The notes beneath the pieces are model-generated. The model worked only from the letters and a program-made list of their open reading frames with translations, did not search any database and had not been told where the DNA came from. Shown piece after piece: positions 1 through 8,608 of a DNA stretch of 64,000 nt (positions within the stretch are counted from its first letter, which is position 1; each line of letters starts with the position of its first letter). Both the position numbers and the translations under genes were made by a program. Location: positions 8,730 through 72,729 of the forward strand of contig NSJJ01000015.1 of the NCBI GenBank assembly GCA_002632355.1, read 5' to 3'. This stretch comes from Sulfuricella denitrificans. Lineage in GTDB: Bacteria > Pseudomonadota > Gammaproteobacteria > Burkholderiales > Sulfuricellaceae.

Positions 1-2
1 GC

Positions 3-1460
3 CCCGACATTGCCGCCGCCCGCTACGCTGTACAGCATGGCGAAGAACTGGCCCGCTCGTCCGACAACCTGAGCCGCGCCTTCCAGCGCATGATGGAAGG
101 CAAGCTCGCCACCATCCGCCTCTTCAACCAGATCGCCCTCATTGCCACCGCCTTGCTGACGGCACTGATCGCCCTGCTGGTTTACCGCAAGATCCTGCGC
201 CCGCTCACCCTCACCGTGGACGGATTTTCCCGCGTCGCCAACGGCGATCTGGGTTACCAGGTGCCGCTGGTGGTGGATAACGAGATCGGCCGCATGACGC
301 AGACCTTCAACCGGCTTTCGGAGCGGATGCGCAGCCTGTTTCGCCTTACTGACCGCATTGGCCGGGGCACCAATCTGCACGACGCGCTGAAATTCGTGTG
401 CGAGGAATTTCGCGCTTTCCTGCCGGTGGAGTGGGTCGGCGTGCTGCTGATCACGCCGGATCGGCGCCGGGTCGCGCTGGAGCGACTCTACAGCGAAACC
501 CCCAGCAGCCTGAAAGAAAACGACCTGTTTGAATTTGCACTCGGTGCGCCGGAAGCCGCACTGGCTCAAGGAAAAGCGCTGGCGATCGACGATCTCAACG
601 CTTTTTCCAGCGACAAAAGCCCTGCATTCCTGTCGGCCCGGCTGGCGCACGACGGCAAACGCTCCGCCCTGTTCGTCCCCCTGCGCCACGACAGCGGCAG
701 CGAAGCGCTGCTGGTATTCGCTTCATCGCAGGGCTGCGCCTACACCCCGGAACATGTGGAATTCCTGACTAACCTAGCCGGCCAGATCGGGCACATCCTG
801 GGCAAAACGCTTTTCATGGAAGGACTGGTCGTCGCTGCAGTGGAAGGCCTGGCGAAACTGGCGGAAAGCCGCGATCCGGAAACCGGCGACCACCTGGTGC
901 GCATGAGCCTTTATTCCGCCATCCTCGCCGAAGAACTGGGCAAGGACGAAACTTACCGCGAACGCATCACCCCGGCCTACGTGCGGGATGTTTTCCGCTT
1001 CGCACCCATGCACGACATCGGCAAGGTCGGCATCCGCGACGACATCCTGCTCAAGCCGGGACGCCTTGACCCTGCCGAGCGTACCGAGATGGAACGTCAC
1101 CCGGTGATCGGCGGACAGGTCTTACGCCGCAGCGAGGAGCAGATGAACACCCTCGGCCACAGCATCTTCCAGACCGGGATCGAGATTGCCGAAGGTCACC
1201 ACGAAAAATTCGACGGCAGCGGCTATCCCGCCGGTCTGGCTGGCGAAGCCATCCCCCTCGCGGCGCGCATCATCGCCGTGGCCGACGTGCTGGACGCCCT
1301 CACTTCGAAACGCCCCTACAAGGAAGCGTGGCCAATGGAAAAAGCCCTGGAAACGATCAACAACGATTCCGGCAAGCACTTCGACCCGGCCGTGATCGCC
1401 GCCCTGCACCGTTCATTGCCGCGCGTGCTGGAGATTTACGAGCGCCTGAAGCATGTCTGA
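3..1460 (+). CDS. HAMP-GAF-HD-GYP c-di-GMP phosphodiesterase (5' truncated by window edge)
   Basis: Frame is open from position 3 to the track ORF 90..1460. TM segment (IALIATALLTALIALLVYRKI), HAMP (PL..L..GFSRVANGDLGYQVPLVVDNEIGRMTQTFN), GAF-like region, HD (MHDIGK) and HHEKFDGSGYP ... ADVLDALTSKRPYK motifs. Confidence 0.9.
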   Translation, partial: PDIAAARYAVQHGEELARSSDNLSRAFQRMMEGKLATIRLFNQIALIATALLTALIALLVYRKILRPLTLTVDGFSRVANGDLGYQVPLVVDNEIGRMTQTFNRLSERMRSLFRLTDRIGRGTNLHDALKFVCEEFRAFLPVEWVGVLLITPDRRRVALERLYSETPSSLKENDLFEFALGAPEAALAQGKALAIDDLNAFSSDKSPAFLSARLAHDGKRSALFVPLRHDSGSEALLVFASSQGCAYTPEHVEFLTNLAGQIGHILGKTLFMEGLVVAAVEGLAKLAESRDPETGDHLVRMSLYSAILAEELGKDETYRERITPAYVRDVFRFAPMHDIGKVGIRDDILLKPGRLDPAERTEMERHPVIGGQVLRRSEEQMNTLGHSIFQTGIEIAEGHHEKFDGSGYPAGLAGEAIPLAARIIAVADVLDALTSKRPYKEAWPMEKALETINNDSGKHFDPAVIAALHRSLPRVLEIYERLKHV

Positions 1461-1541
1461 CGAACATGGCGCAACGCCTCGGAACACTGCGGGCGGCAAT
1501 AACAGTAATATCCCGTCATCTGCCCTGCACTGACATTTCTT

Positions 1542-2075
1542 ATGCGCCCGAAACCCCCGCCGAATTACCTTGCCGGCTACCCTGCCACGCTGGCAGAGCA
1601 AGTGCAGCGACTGATCGAACAGGATCGGCTGGCCGATATATTGCTGCAAAAATATCCGCTTGCACACGCTGTGCGGACCGACAAGGCGCTCTACGATTTC
1701 GTGCTGGAGCTCAAAGGCGCGTATCTGCGCAACGCCAGCCCGTTGAGCAAGGTGGCCTTCGACAGCAAGCTGCATGTCATCCATCACGCACTGGGTACAC
1801 ACACTACCCAATCACGGGTGCAGGGCACGCAACTCAAATCCAAGCAGGAGATCCGCATCGCCGCGGTATTCAGGGAAATGCCCCCCGAGTTTTTGCGCAT
1901 GATCGTGGTTCACGAACTTGCCCACATCAAAGAACGTGAGCACGGCAAGGCTTTTTATCAACTGTGCCAGCACATGGAACCGGATTACCATCGGCTGGAA
2001 TTCGACCTTCGGGCCTATCTCAGCCATCTCGCAGCGACCGGCCGGCCACTCTGGTCGTCCACGACAGGCGGCTAA
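1542..2075 (+). CDS. YgjP-like M48/DUF45 family zinc metallopeptidase
   Basis: HExxH motif (VVHELAHIKEREHGKAFYQLCQHMEPDY); short form typical of the YgjP family. Confidence 0.8.
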   Translation: MRPKPPPNYLAGYPATLAEQVQRLIEQDRLADILLQKYPLAHAVRTDKALYDFVLELKGAYLRNASPLSKVAFDSKLHVIHHALGTHTTQSRVQGTQLKSKQEIRIAAVFREMPPEFLRMIVVHELAHIKEREHGKAFYQLCQHMEPDYHRLEFDLRAYLSHLAATGRPLWSSTTGG

Positions 2076-2088
2076 ATCCGGGATCGGG

Positions 2089-3516
2089 TCAATCCTCCAG
2101 CGCGCGCACCTTCACCGCCTTGCCCTTGACCTTGCCTGACGACAACTTGCGCACCGCTTCGCGGGCGATGTTGCGTGCCACGGCCACATAGGTGAATTGA
2201 TCGGTCACGGTGATCTTGCCGACCTGCTCGCGCGTGAAGCCCGCTTCGCCGGTGAGCGCACCCAGCACGTCGCCGGGACGGATCTTGTCCTTGCGCCCGC
2301 CGAGAATCTGCAGCGTCGCCATCGGTGGCAGCAGCGGCGCGCCCTGCTCGCCTTGCAGTTCTCCGATGTCATGCCATTCCGGTTCGCTGCCCGTCATCTG
2401 GGCGATGCCGGCCACCCGGCGCTTGTCGGCATGGCTGCACAGACTCAGCGCCCAGCCGTCCTCATCGGCACGTCCGGTACGGCCGATGCGGTGGATGTAT
2501 ATTTCCGGATCGGGCGTAACGTCGACATTGATGACCACTTCGAGCTGCGCGATATCCAGGCCGCGCGCCGCCACATCAGTCGCCACCAGCACTGAGCAAC
2601 TCTTGTTGGCAAACTGGATCAGCACCTGGTCGCGCTCACGCTGGTCCAGATCACCATTCAGAGTCAACGCATGGAAACCCTGCGCATGCAGCACATCCAG
2701 CAAATCGCGGCACTGCTGCCGGGTATTGCAGAAAGCCAGCGCGCTGACCGGACGATAGTGTCTGAGCAGGATACCCACGGCCTGCAAGCGCTCCTCGTGT
2801 TTCACTTCGTAGAAGCGCTGGCGGATTTTGCTGCCCTCGTGCAGTTCCGGCAGCTTCACTTCCTGCGGATTACGCAGGAAGTGGCGCGCCAGCCGTGCGA
2901 TGCCATCGGGAAAGGTCGCGGAAAACAGCAGCGTCTGGCGCTCTGCCGGACAATGTTCCGCCACGTAAGCGATGTCGTTGTAAAAACCCATGTCCAGCAT
3001 GCGGTCGGCTTCGTCGAGCACCAGGATATTAAGCGCATCCAGCTTCAGGCTATCGCACCCGAGGTGGTCCATGATGCGGCCCGGCGTGCCGACGACGATA
3101 TGCGCGCCATGCTCCAGGCTATTGATCTGCGGGCGCATGGGCGTGCCGCCGCACAGCGTCACGATCTTGATGTTGTCTTCATGACGCGCCAGACGGCGAA
3201 TCTCCTGCGTCACCTGATCGGCCAGCTCGCGCGTCGGGCACAGCACCATGGCCTGCACCGCAAAGCGGCGCGGATTCAGCCGGGTAAGCAAGGGCAGCGC
3301 GAACGCCGCCGTCTTGCCGCTGCCGGTCTTGGCCTGCGCGATCAGGTCTTTTCCGGCAAGCGCCAGCGGCAGGCTGGCCGCCTGAATGGGGGTCATGGTC
3401 AGGTATTCGAGTTGCCGCAGGGTCGCCTGCATGCCGGGCGATAAAGGCAGTTCACTGAAAGCGTGCCCGGCAGCATCCGCTGCAGGAGAGGAAGAAAACG
3501 AGAGAGTATCGGTCAT
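2089..3516 (-). CDS. dbpA: ATP-dependent 23S rRNA DEAD-box helicase DbpA
   Basis: Q motif, AKTGSGKT, PTRELADQ, DEAD, SAT, ARGLD, HRIGRTGRA and the DbpA C-terminal RNA-binding domain (GGRKDKIRPGDVLGAL). Start taken at ATG 3516. Confidence 0.93.
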   Translation of the reverse strand: MTDTLSFSSSPAADAAGHAFSELPLSPGMQATLRQLEYLTMTPIQAASLPLALAGKDLIAQAKTGSGKTAAFALPLLTRLNPRRFAVQAMVLCPTRELADQVTQEIRRLARHEDNIKIVTLCGGTPMRPQINSLEHGAHIVVGTPGRIMDHLGCDSLKLDALNILVLDEADRMLDMGFYNDIAYVAEHCPAERQTLLFSATFPDGIARLARHFLRNPQEVKLPELHEGSKIRQRFYEVKHEERLQAVGILLRHYRPVSALAFCNTRQQCRDLLDVLHAQGFHALTLNGDLDQRERDQVLIQFANKSCSVLVATDVAARGLDIAQLEVVINVDVTPDPEIYIHRIGRTGRADEDGWALSLCSHADKRRVAGIAQMTGSEPEWHDIGELQGEQGAPLLPPMATLQILGGRKDKIRPGDVLGALTGEAGFTREQVGKITVTDQFTYVAVARNIAREAVRKLSSGKVKGKAVKVRALED

Positions 3517-3743
3517 GCGCAATTATCCGCGATTGAGCCAAAATGTGCCGGTAAATATATGGGGCGGAAGCGACAAGGCCAGAAATGTTCACAGAAATCC
3601 TCTTTGGATCATTTCCAAAACATGCTGATACCAATTTGCCTGGGTTATACTTTTCCTGAGCGCACGCTATTGAAGCGCGGGTTGGTGCCTGCAAGCCAAT
3701 AATTTGTTTAGTTATATTTTCCATATTCCACTATTCCCCAAGA

Positions 3744-4454
3744 ATGAAATCTAACGAAATCCAGGCACATGCAAAGCAGGAGGACGCCACGTCAAGGCTG
3801 GGACGGGTTCTTGTTGTTGACGATGCATCGATTACCCGGGAAATACTCAGAAACCATCTGGAGGGTACGACCGAGATCATTGACGAGGCCGCAGATGGCT
3901 TACAGGCTCTGGAGCGTTTCCAGCAGTTTCGCTACGATGCAATTCTGCTCGATATCGAGATGCCGGGGATGGATGGTTATGACACCCTGCGCGCCATGCG
4001 GGGCTGGGAACGGGAACACACTTTACTTCCCACATTTATTCTGGCGATCACATCCAGCGATTTCCCCGAGGACGAGCAACACATTCTGGAAGCAGGCGCG
4101 TCTGCCTACCTGGAAAAACCTGTCAGAAAACAGAAACTCATGGCAGCACTTGGCATCGACCAGCCCATGCCCGCCAAACCTCATCCCATGGAAAACCTGT
4201 TACCGCAGTTGATTGCCTACGCCGAAAACCTGTTGAATGAGATTGAAACGGAAAACTTCAATGACACCAGCCGGGTTTCAAAGAAATTTCACGAACTGCG
4301 GGGTTCCCTGGCCACCTTCGGCTTTCAGGATCTTGCGGAGAAATCGAGACAGATGCAGTTTATGGCGCAACAGGGAAACAAGCCCACCCAGCTGATGTTC
4401 GAAATGTTCAGGCACGATCTGCGGCTTTCGTCCACAAATCTCCCGCTGAAATGA
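3744..4454 (+). CDS. Response regulator receiver + Hpt domain protein
   Basis: REC motifs VLVVDD, LLDIEMPGMDGY, AIT and EKP; C-terminal Hpt-like helix FHELRGSLATFG. Stop overlaps the exbD start (ATGA). Confidence 0.8.
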   Translation: MKSNEIQAHAKQEDATSRLGRVLVVDDASITREILRNHLEGTTEIIDEAADGLQALERFQQFRYDAILLDIEMPGMDGYDTLRAMRGWEREHTLLPTFILAITSSDFPEDEQHILEAGASAYLEKPVRKQKLMAALGIDQPMPAKPHPMENLLPQLIAYAENLLNEIETENFNDTSRVSKKFHELRGSLATFGFQDLAEKSRQMQFMAQQGNKPTQLMFEMFRHDLRLSSTNLPLK

Positions 4455-4867
4455 GACGATGGCACGAAGAAAAGAAACCCAGGGCGCGCATCGAAATCAT
4501 CCCGATGATCGATGTCATGATGTTCCTGCTCGTGTTTTTTGTTCTGATCAGCATCAATGTAATCCCTGCCTTCAACATCAAAACCCGCCTGCCTTCGTCC
4601 TCAAGTGCGGAGAAGACGCTGGAACAACACAATACCGTTGTATCGCTGGGTCAGAATAGCGAACTGCAACTGGACGGCACACATCTGGGCCTGGATGAAC
4701 TGACCCCTCGCCTGGCTGCGATCAGGCTGCGCGACCCCCAGGTCTCGGTGATTATCCATGGCGACCGGGCCGTCCAGCTGCAACGCATCATAGATGTAAT
4801 GGACCGGGTCAAGTCGGCAGGTTTCCCGGCGCTTTCGATTGCCGTCAAGAAAAGCGGAAACCCGTGA
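4451..4867 (+). CDS. exbD: Biopolymer transport protein ExbD/TolR
   Basis: IEIIPMIDVMMFLLVFF transmembrane motif with the conserved Asp; C-terminal IHGDRAV..Q.IIDVMD..K.AG. Confidence 0.92.
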   Translation: MRRWHEEKKPRARIEIIPMIDVMMFLLVFFVLISINVIPAFNIKTRLPSSSSAEKTLEQHNTVVSLGQNSELQLDGTHLGLDELTPRLAAIRLRDPQVSVIIHGDRAVQLQRIIDVMDRVKSAGFPALSIAVKKSGNP

Positions 4868-5568
4868 CCGAGTTCCTGTTCCGCTTCCGAGAGACAATCT
4901 CGGCCGCCAACGCGACGGCGCTGGTGGCGTTGCTCCTGGTGCTGTTCGGTCCCTTCACGATGCCGCCCAATCCATCCGCCCTCAGTCCGGCTCCCATCGA
5001 AGTCATCCTGGCCACACCAGAAATAGAAGCCTCACCTGACACTCCCCCGCCACAACCAGTAGCAAAAAAAGATCATGTAATGTCCCGTAAGCCAGCCCAA
5101 ACGCATCTTTCGCCTCTGATGCCCGAACATCCACTGCCGATGCCCGACAACACCGCAAGCCCTGCCCTCGCAGAACCGACCCCGCTGCCCGCACCTGCGG
5201 CCGCTCCTGAGACAATACTTGCCCCCCAGGCCCCTCCCCCACCGCGCAATCCGGCAAAGGATGTGGAAGCACTCTACGTTGCCAGGGTGCGCGCGCATAT
5301 CCAGAGCATAAAGCACTACCCGACAGGACGGGAAGCCAGCCTGCAGCGCCCCAGGGGAACTGCCGTTGTCTGGTTTACGCTGCGTCGCAGTGGCGAACTG
5401 GCAGAAGCCGGCGTGGAAAAACCATCGGGTTCGATGCTGCTGGACAGCGCGGCCCTGTCCACCGTTCGCCGCGGCATATACCCGCCTTTCCCCGACAACG
5501 TATGGACAGGCAAAACACAACAACGCTTCTCGGTCGAACTCGATTTCATTCCCTATAATCCATCCTAG
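4864..5568 (+). CDS. tonB: Energy transducer TonB family protein
   Basis: N-terminal hydrophobic anchor, Pro-rich spacer, TonB C-terminal domain (YPTGREA..QRPRGTAVVWFTLRRSG...SSG..LLD.AAL..VR). GTG start overlaps the exbD stop. Confidence 0.85.
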   Translation: MTEFLFRFRETISAANATALVALLLVLFGPFTMPPNPSALSPAPIEVILATPEIEASPDTPPPQPVAKKDHVMSRKPAQTHLSPLMPEHPLPMPDNTASPALAEPTPLPAPAAAPETILAPQAPPPPRNPAKDVEALYVARVRAHIQSIKHYPTGREASLQRPRGTAVVWFTLRRSGELAEAGVEKPSGSMLLDSAALSTVRRGIYPPFPDNVWTGKTQQRFSVELDFIPYNPS

Positions 5569-5580
5569 TGGAGACATCTC

Positions 5581-7920
5581 ATGCAGTTATTCCCAAAATC
5601 CATCGCACTCGTCATCAGCATCCTGTACTCGACGGGTGCGATAGCTGAAGATACCGCTGCTCTTGGCCGTATTCAGGTGGAAGGAGATGCTCCCGGCAGC
5701 GGCTGGATGGTGCAGGAAGAAACACCCAAGGCCCGCAGCTCGATCACGCGTGCCGCCATCGAACAGAACAGCCCGCTGAACAATCCCTTTCAGGCCAGCA
5801 ATCTGCTGCCGGGCATCAATGCCTACAGCTACGATGCCACAGGGCTGTTCGGTGGCGGAATGCGCATGCGGGGTTTCAACAGCGACCAGATCGGCGTTAC
5901 CGTCGATGGTGTCCCGGTAAACGATGCGGGAAACTTCGCTGTCTATGCACCTGAACTCATCGATCTCGAGAACCTGGATGAAATCTTTGTTACCCAGGGC
6001 TCCACAGACACCGACGCACCCCATGTAGGCTCCGTGGGTGGCAATATCGGCATGGTGACATCCAGCCCGACAGACGAGCACCGCTTCCGCGTCCAGCAAA
6101 GCTTCGGCTCCAACAATGCACGCAAGACCTTCCTCCGCGCAGATACCGGATATCTCGGTGATAACCGCTTCAAGGCCTTCATTTCCTACTCCAAGGCGGA
6201 AGCCGACAAATGGAAGGGCTCCGGCGCAGCTGACCGGGAACATGTGGATTTCAAGGGCGTGCTCAACCTTTCCCCTGGCAACAGCATCACTGCCGGCCTG
6301 CTGTGGAACAAGATGCTCAACAACAACCTGCGTTCCCTCACCCTGGCCGAGATAGATACGCTGGGTCGCAATGCCGACTTCGGCACTACGCCGCCCCGGC
6401 ACCTGGCAGGCGTCAACGGCACGGCGCAGATTGAAAGAGGCCCCTCCGATCTTTACTACAACCTCAATCTCAACCCTTTCAAGAACTACATTGCCACCCT
6501 CAAGGGCAACTTCCAGCTGACGCCGGACCTGCACCTGGATGTGGAGCCATACTACTGGTACGGCTATGGCACCGGCGGCAACGAACTGAGAACCGTATCC
6601 GAGAGCAATACGCAAGCCAGGCTCGGGGGCGGCATACGCGACATCAATCTGGATGGCGATACGCTGGATACGGTAATGATCTACAGTGGCGCAATCACCA
6701 AAACCCATCGGCCCGGCATCACCGTCCGCCTGAGCACACAGGTGGATAACCACAAACTGATGGCCGGCTACTGGTACGAGCATGCCAGACATAGCAGAAG
6801 CCAGCCTGCCGTAAATTTCGACGCCACCGGGAATACCGTGGACCCCTGGCTGGAAAACCCGTCGCAATACCTGCTGCGTCAGGACGGATCAGCCTACCAG
6901 GGCCGCGACTTCCTCACCATCAACACCGCCAGATCACTTTTCCTGCAGGACAGCATTGGACTCATGAACGACAAGCTCAACGTGCAACTGGGCCTTCGCC
7001 ACACCGGGATCAACCGCGACTTCACCAACTACGCCAGCGAAGGGGGCGTTGCAACCTACAACATCCAGAAGGATTACGCCAAGACCCTGCCCAGTCTCGG
7101 GGTCCGCTACCAGCTTGCTCCCGAGCAACAGGCATTCTTCAACCTGGCGGAAAACTTCCGTGCGCCGCCCGACTCCGTCTTCTACGGCCTGATCAATGGC
7201 GGCACCTTCAGCAACGGCGTGCTGACCGGGTACACCCTGCGGCCTGTGAACGTCGCTCCCGAAACAGCTACGAACCTGGATATCGGCTACCGTTATGCCG
7301 GCAAAGCGCTCACCTTCTCGGGCTCCCTGTTCCATGTTGACTACCGCGACAGAATTGCTTCCGCCTACGACCCGGTCAATGGGACGAACACCAACTACAA
7401 TGTCGGCGACTCCACAACCCGTGGATTCGAGCTTGAATCTTCCTGGCGCTTCCAGGCAAAATGGAGTCTCTATGCCTCGCTCACATACACTCGCAGCCGT
7501 ATCGGTCAGGATCTGCAAACCGCGGCGAACAGTTATGAAGCCACCGCAGGCAAGCAGTTCCCGGATGTACCCAACTGGATGGCCGGCCTCGCGCTGCAAT
7601 ATCGCAGTGGCCCCTGGTCAGGCAGCCTCTCCGCGAAATATACCGGTCAGCGCTATTCAACCCTGGTCAACGACGAATCTGTCGGCGGGTTCACACTGGT
7701 CAATTTCGACGCAGCCTGTCGCCTGCCCTCCACCAACCTGTTCCGCAATCCCCTGGTGCGCCTGAATGTGTACAATCTGCTCAATACCGACTACCTTTAC
7801 CTGAATGCGGGCAGCGGCGCCAGCTTCACCGCCAGGGCAGTGGGCGCCGGAGGAAGCTCACCCTACTATTATGTCGGGGCGCCACGCACACTAAGCATCA
7901 TGCTGGCATCGGATTTCTGA
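5581..7920 (+). CDS. TonB-dependent outer-membrane receptor, ligand unknown
   Basis: Signal peptide, TonB-box-like RIQVEG, plug domain (NLLPGIN...MRGF..DQIGVTVDGVPVND), barrel C-terminus NVYNLLNTDY ... GAPRTL and terminal Phe. Confidence 0.93.
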   Translation: MQLFPKSIALVISILYSTGAIAEDTAALGRIQVEGDAPGSGWMVQEETPKARSSITRAAIEQNSPLNNPFQASNLLPGINAYSYDATGLFGGGMRMRGFNSDQIGVTVDGVPVNDAGNFAVYAPELIDLENLDEIFVTQGSTDTDAPHVGSVGGNIGMVTSSPTDEHRFRVQQSFGSNNARKTFLRADTGYLGDNRFKAFISYSKAEADKWKGSGAADREHVDFKGVLNLSPGNSITAGLLWNKMLNNNLRSLTLAEIDTLGRNADFGTTPPRHLAGVNGTAQIERGPSDLYYNLNLNPFKNYIATLKGNFQLTPDLHLDVEPYYWYGYGTGGNELRTVSESNTQARLGGGIRDINLDGDTLDTVMIYSGAITKTHRPGITVRLSTQVDNHKLMAGYWYEHARHSRSQPAVNFDATGNTVDPWLENPSQYLLRQDGSAYQGRDFLTINTARSLFLQDSIGLMNDKLNVQLGLRHTGINRDFTNYASEGGVATYNIQKDYAKTLPSLGVRYQLAPEQQAFFNLAENFRAPPDSVFYGLINGGTFSNGVLTGYTLRPVNVAPETATNLDIGYRYAGKALTFSGSLFHVDYRDRIASAYDPVNGTNTNYNVGDSTTRGFELESSWRFQAKWSLYASLTYTRSRIGQDLQTAANSYEATAGKQFPDVPNWMAGLALQYRSGPWSGSLSAKYTGQRYSTLVNDESVGGFTLVNFDAACRLPSTNLFRNPLVRLNVYNLLNTDYLYLNAGSGASFTARAVGAGGSSPYYYVGAPRTLSIMLASDF

Positions 7921-7954
7921 AGCAGAACCACGGACGCGCAAAGAAGGGATACAT

Positions 7955-8596
7955 TTGAACTACCAACTCCTCCATGAGATAACGTTCTACGTGATGTACG
8001 GGGTTGTCGGCCTGGCCACGTTTGTTATCGGCGAACGCCTGATCTTCTTTATGGTCACATTGCGCCAGAGCCGATCCCTCGAATCCCTGCTGATCTCCGC
8101 AGGCGACGACGCCTCAAAGGTCGCCGGGCAGTTCGAAAACAGCCAGAGCGTGCCTGCAGAGGCTTTTCGCCGCATGCTCAGCCTGCGTCACCGGATGATT
8201 TCCAGGCACGATCAGGAGGATATTTCAGAGGCGATCTATCTCGCCCTCAAGGCCAAACTGCGACGCCGCCTGTGGATGCTCGACACAGCGGTCACTGCGG
8301 CGCCTTTGCTGGGCCTGCTGGGCACCATTTTCGGCATAACCGAAACCTTCACCAGCCTCGCACAGACAGGCATATCAGATCCAGCAGGCGTTTCCGCAGG
8401 TATCGGCACAGCACTATTTGCCACCGCGCTGGGCATTGCCATTGCCCTCTATGGCCTGTTTTTTTTCAACCTTTTCCAGTCGCAGGTGGAGCGGATCAGC
8501 GAGCATCTGCGCATCATCATTCTCCATGCAGGCCTGGGCCTCGAAGGGATCAGCGGAGGGGAAAAAACATCCGGTGCGGAGCATCCCCATGCATAG
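7955..8596 (+). CDS. exbB: MotA/TolQ/ExbB proton channel protein
   Basis: AAPLLGLLGTIFGI..TF and AGIGTALFATALGIAIA helices; TTG start. Confidence 0.9.
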   Translation: MNYQLLHEITFYVMYGVVGLATFVIGERLIFFMVTLRQSRSLESLLISAGDDASKVAGQFENSQSVPAEAFRRMLSLRHRMISRHDQEDISEAIYLALKAKLRRRLWMLDTAVTAAPLLGLLGTIFGITETFTSLAQTGISDPAGVSAGIGTALFATALGIAIALYGLFFFNLFQSQVERISEHLRIIILHAGLGLEGISGGEKTSGAEHPHA

Positions 8597-8608
8597 GGCG
8601 CCTGCGCC

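Noticed and set aside
3698-3716. Possible Fur box upstream of the TonB operon (AATAATTTGTTTAGTTATA)
   Set aside because: Only about 10/19 matches to the consensus in an AT-rich spacer.
5587-6867. 426-aa minus-strand ORF (and 6934..7599)
   Set aside because: Antisense to the TonB-dependent receptor; no independent coding evidence.
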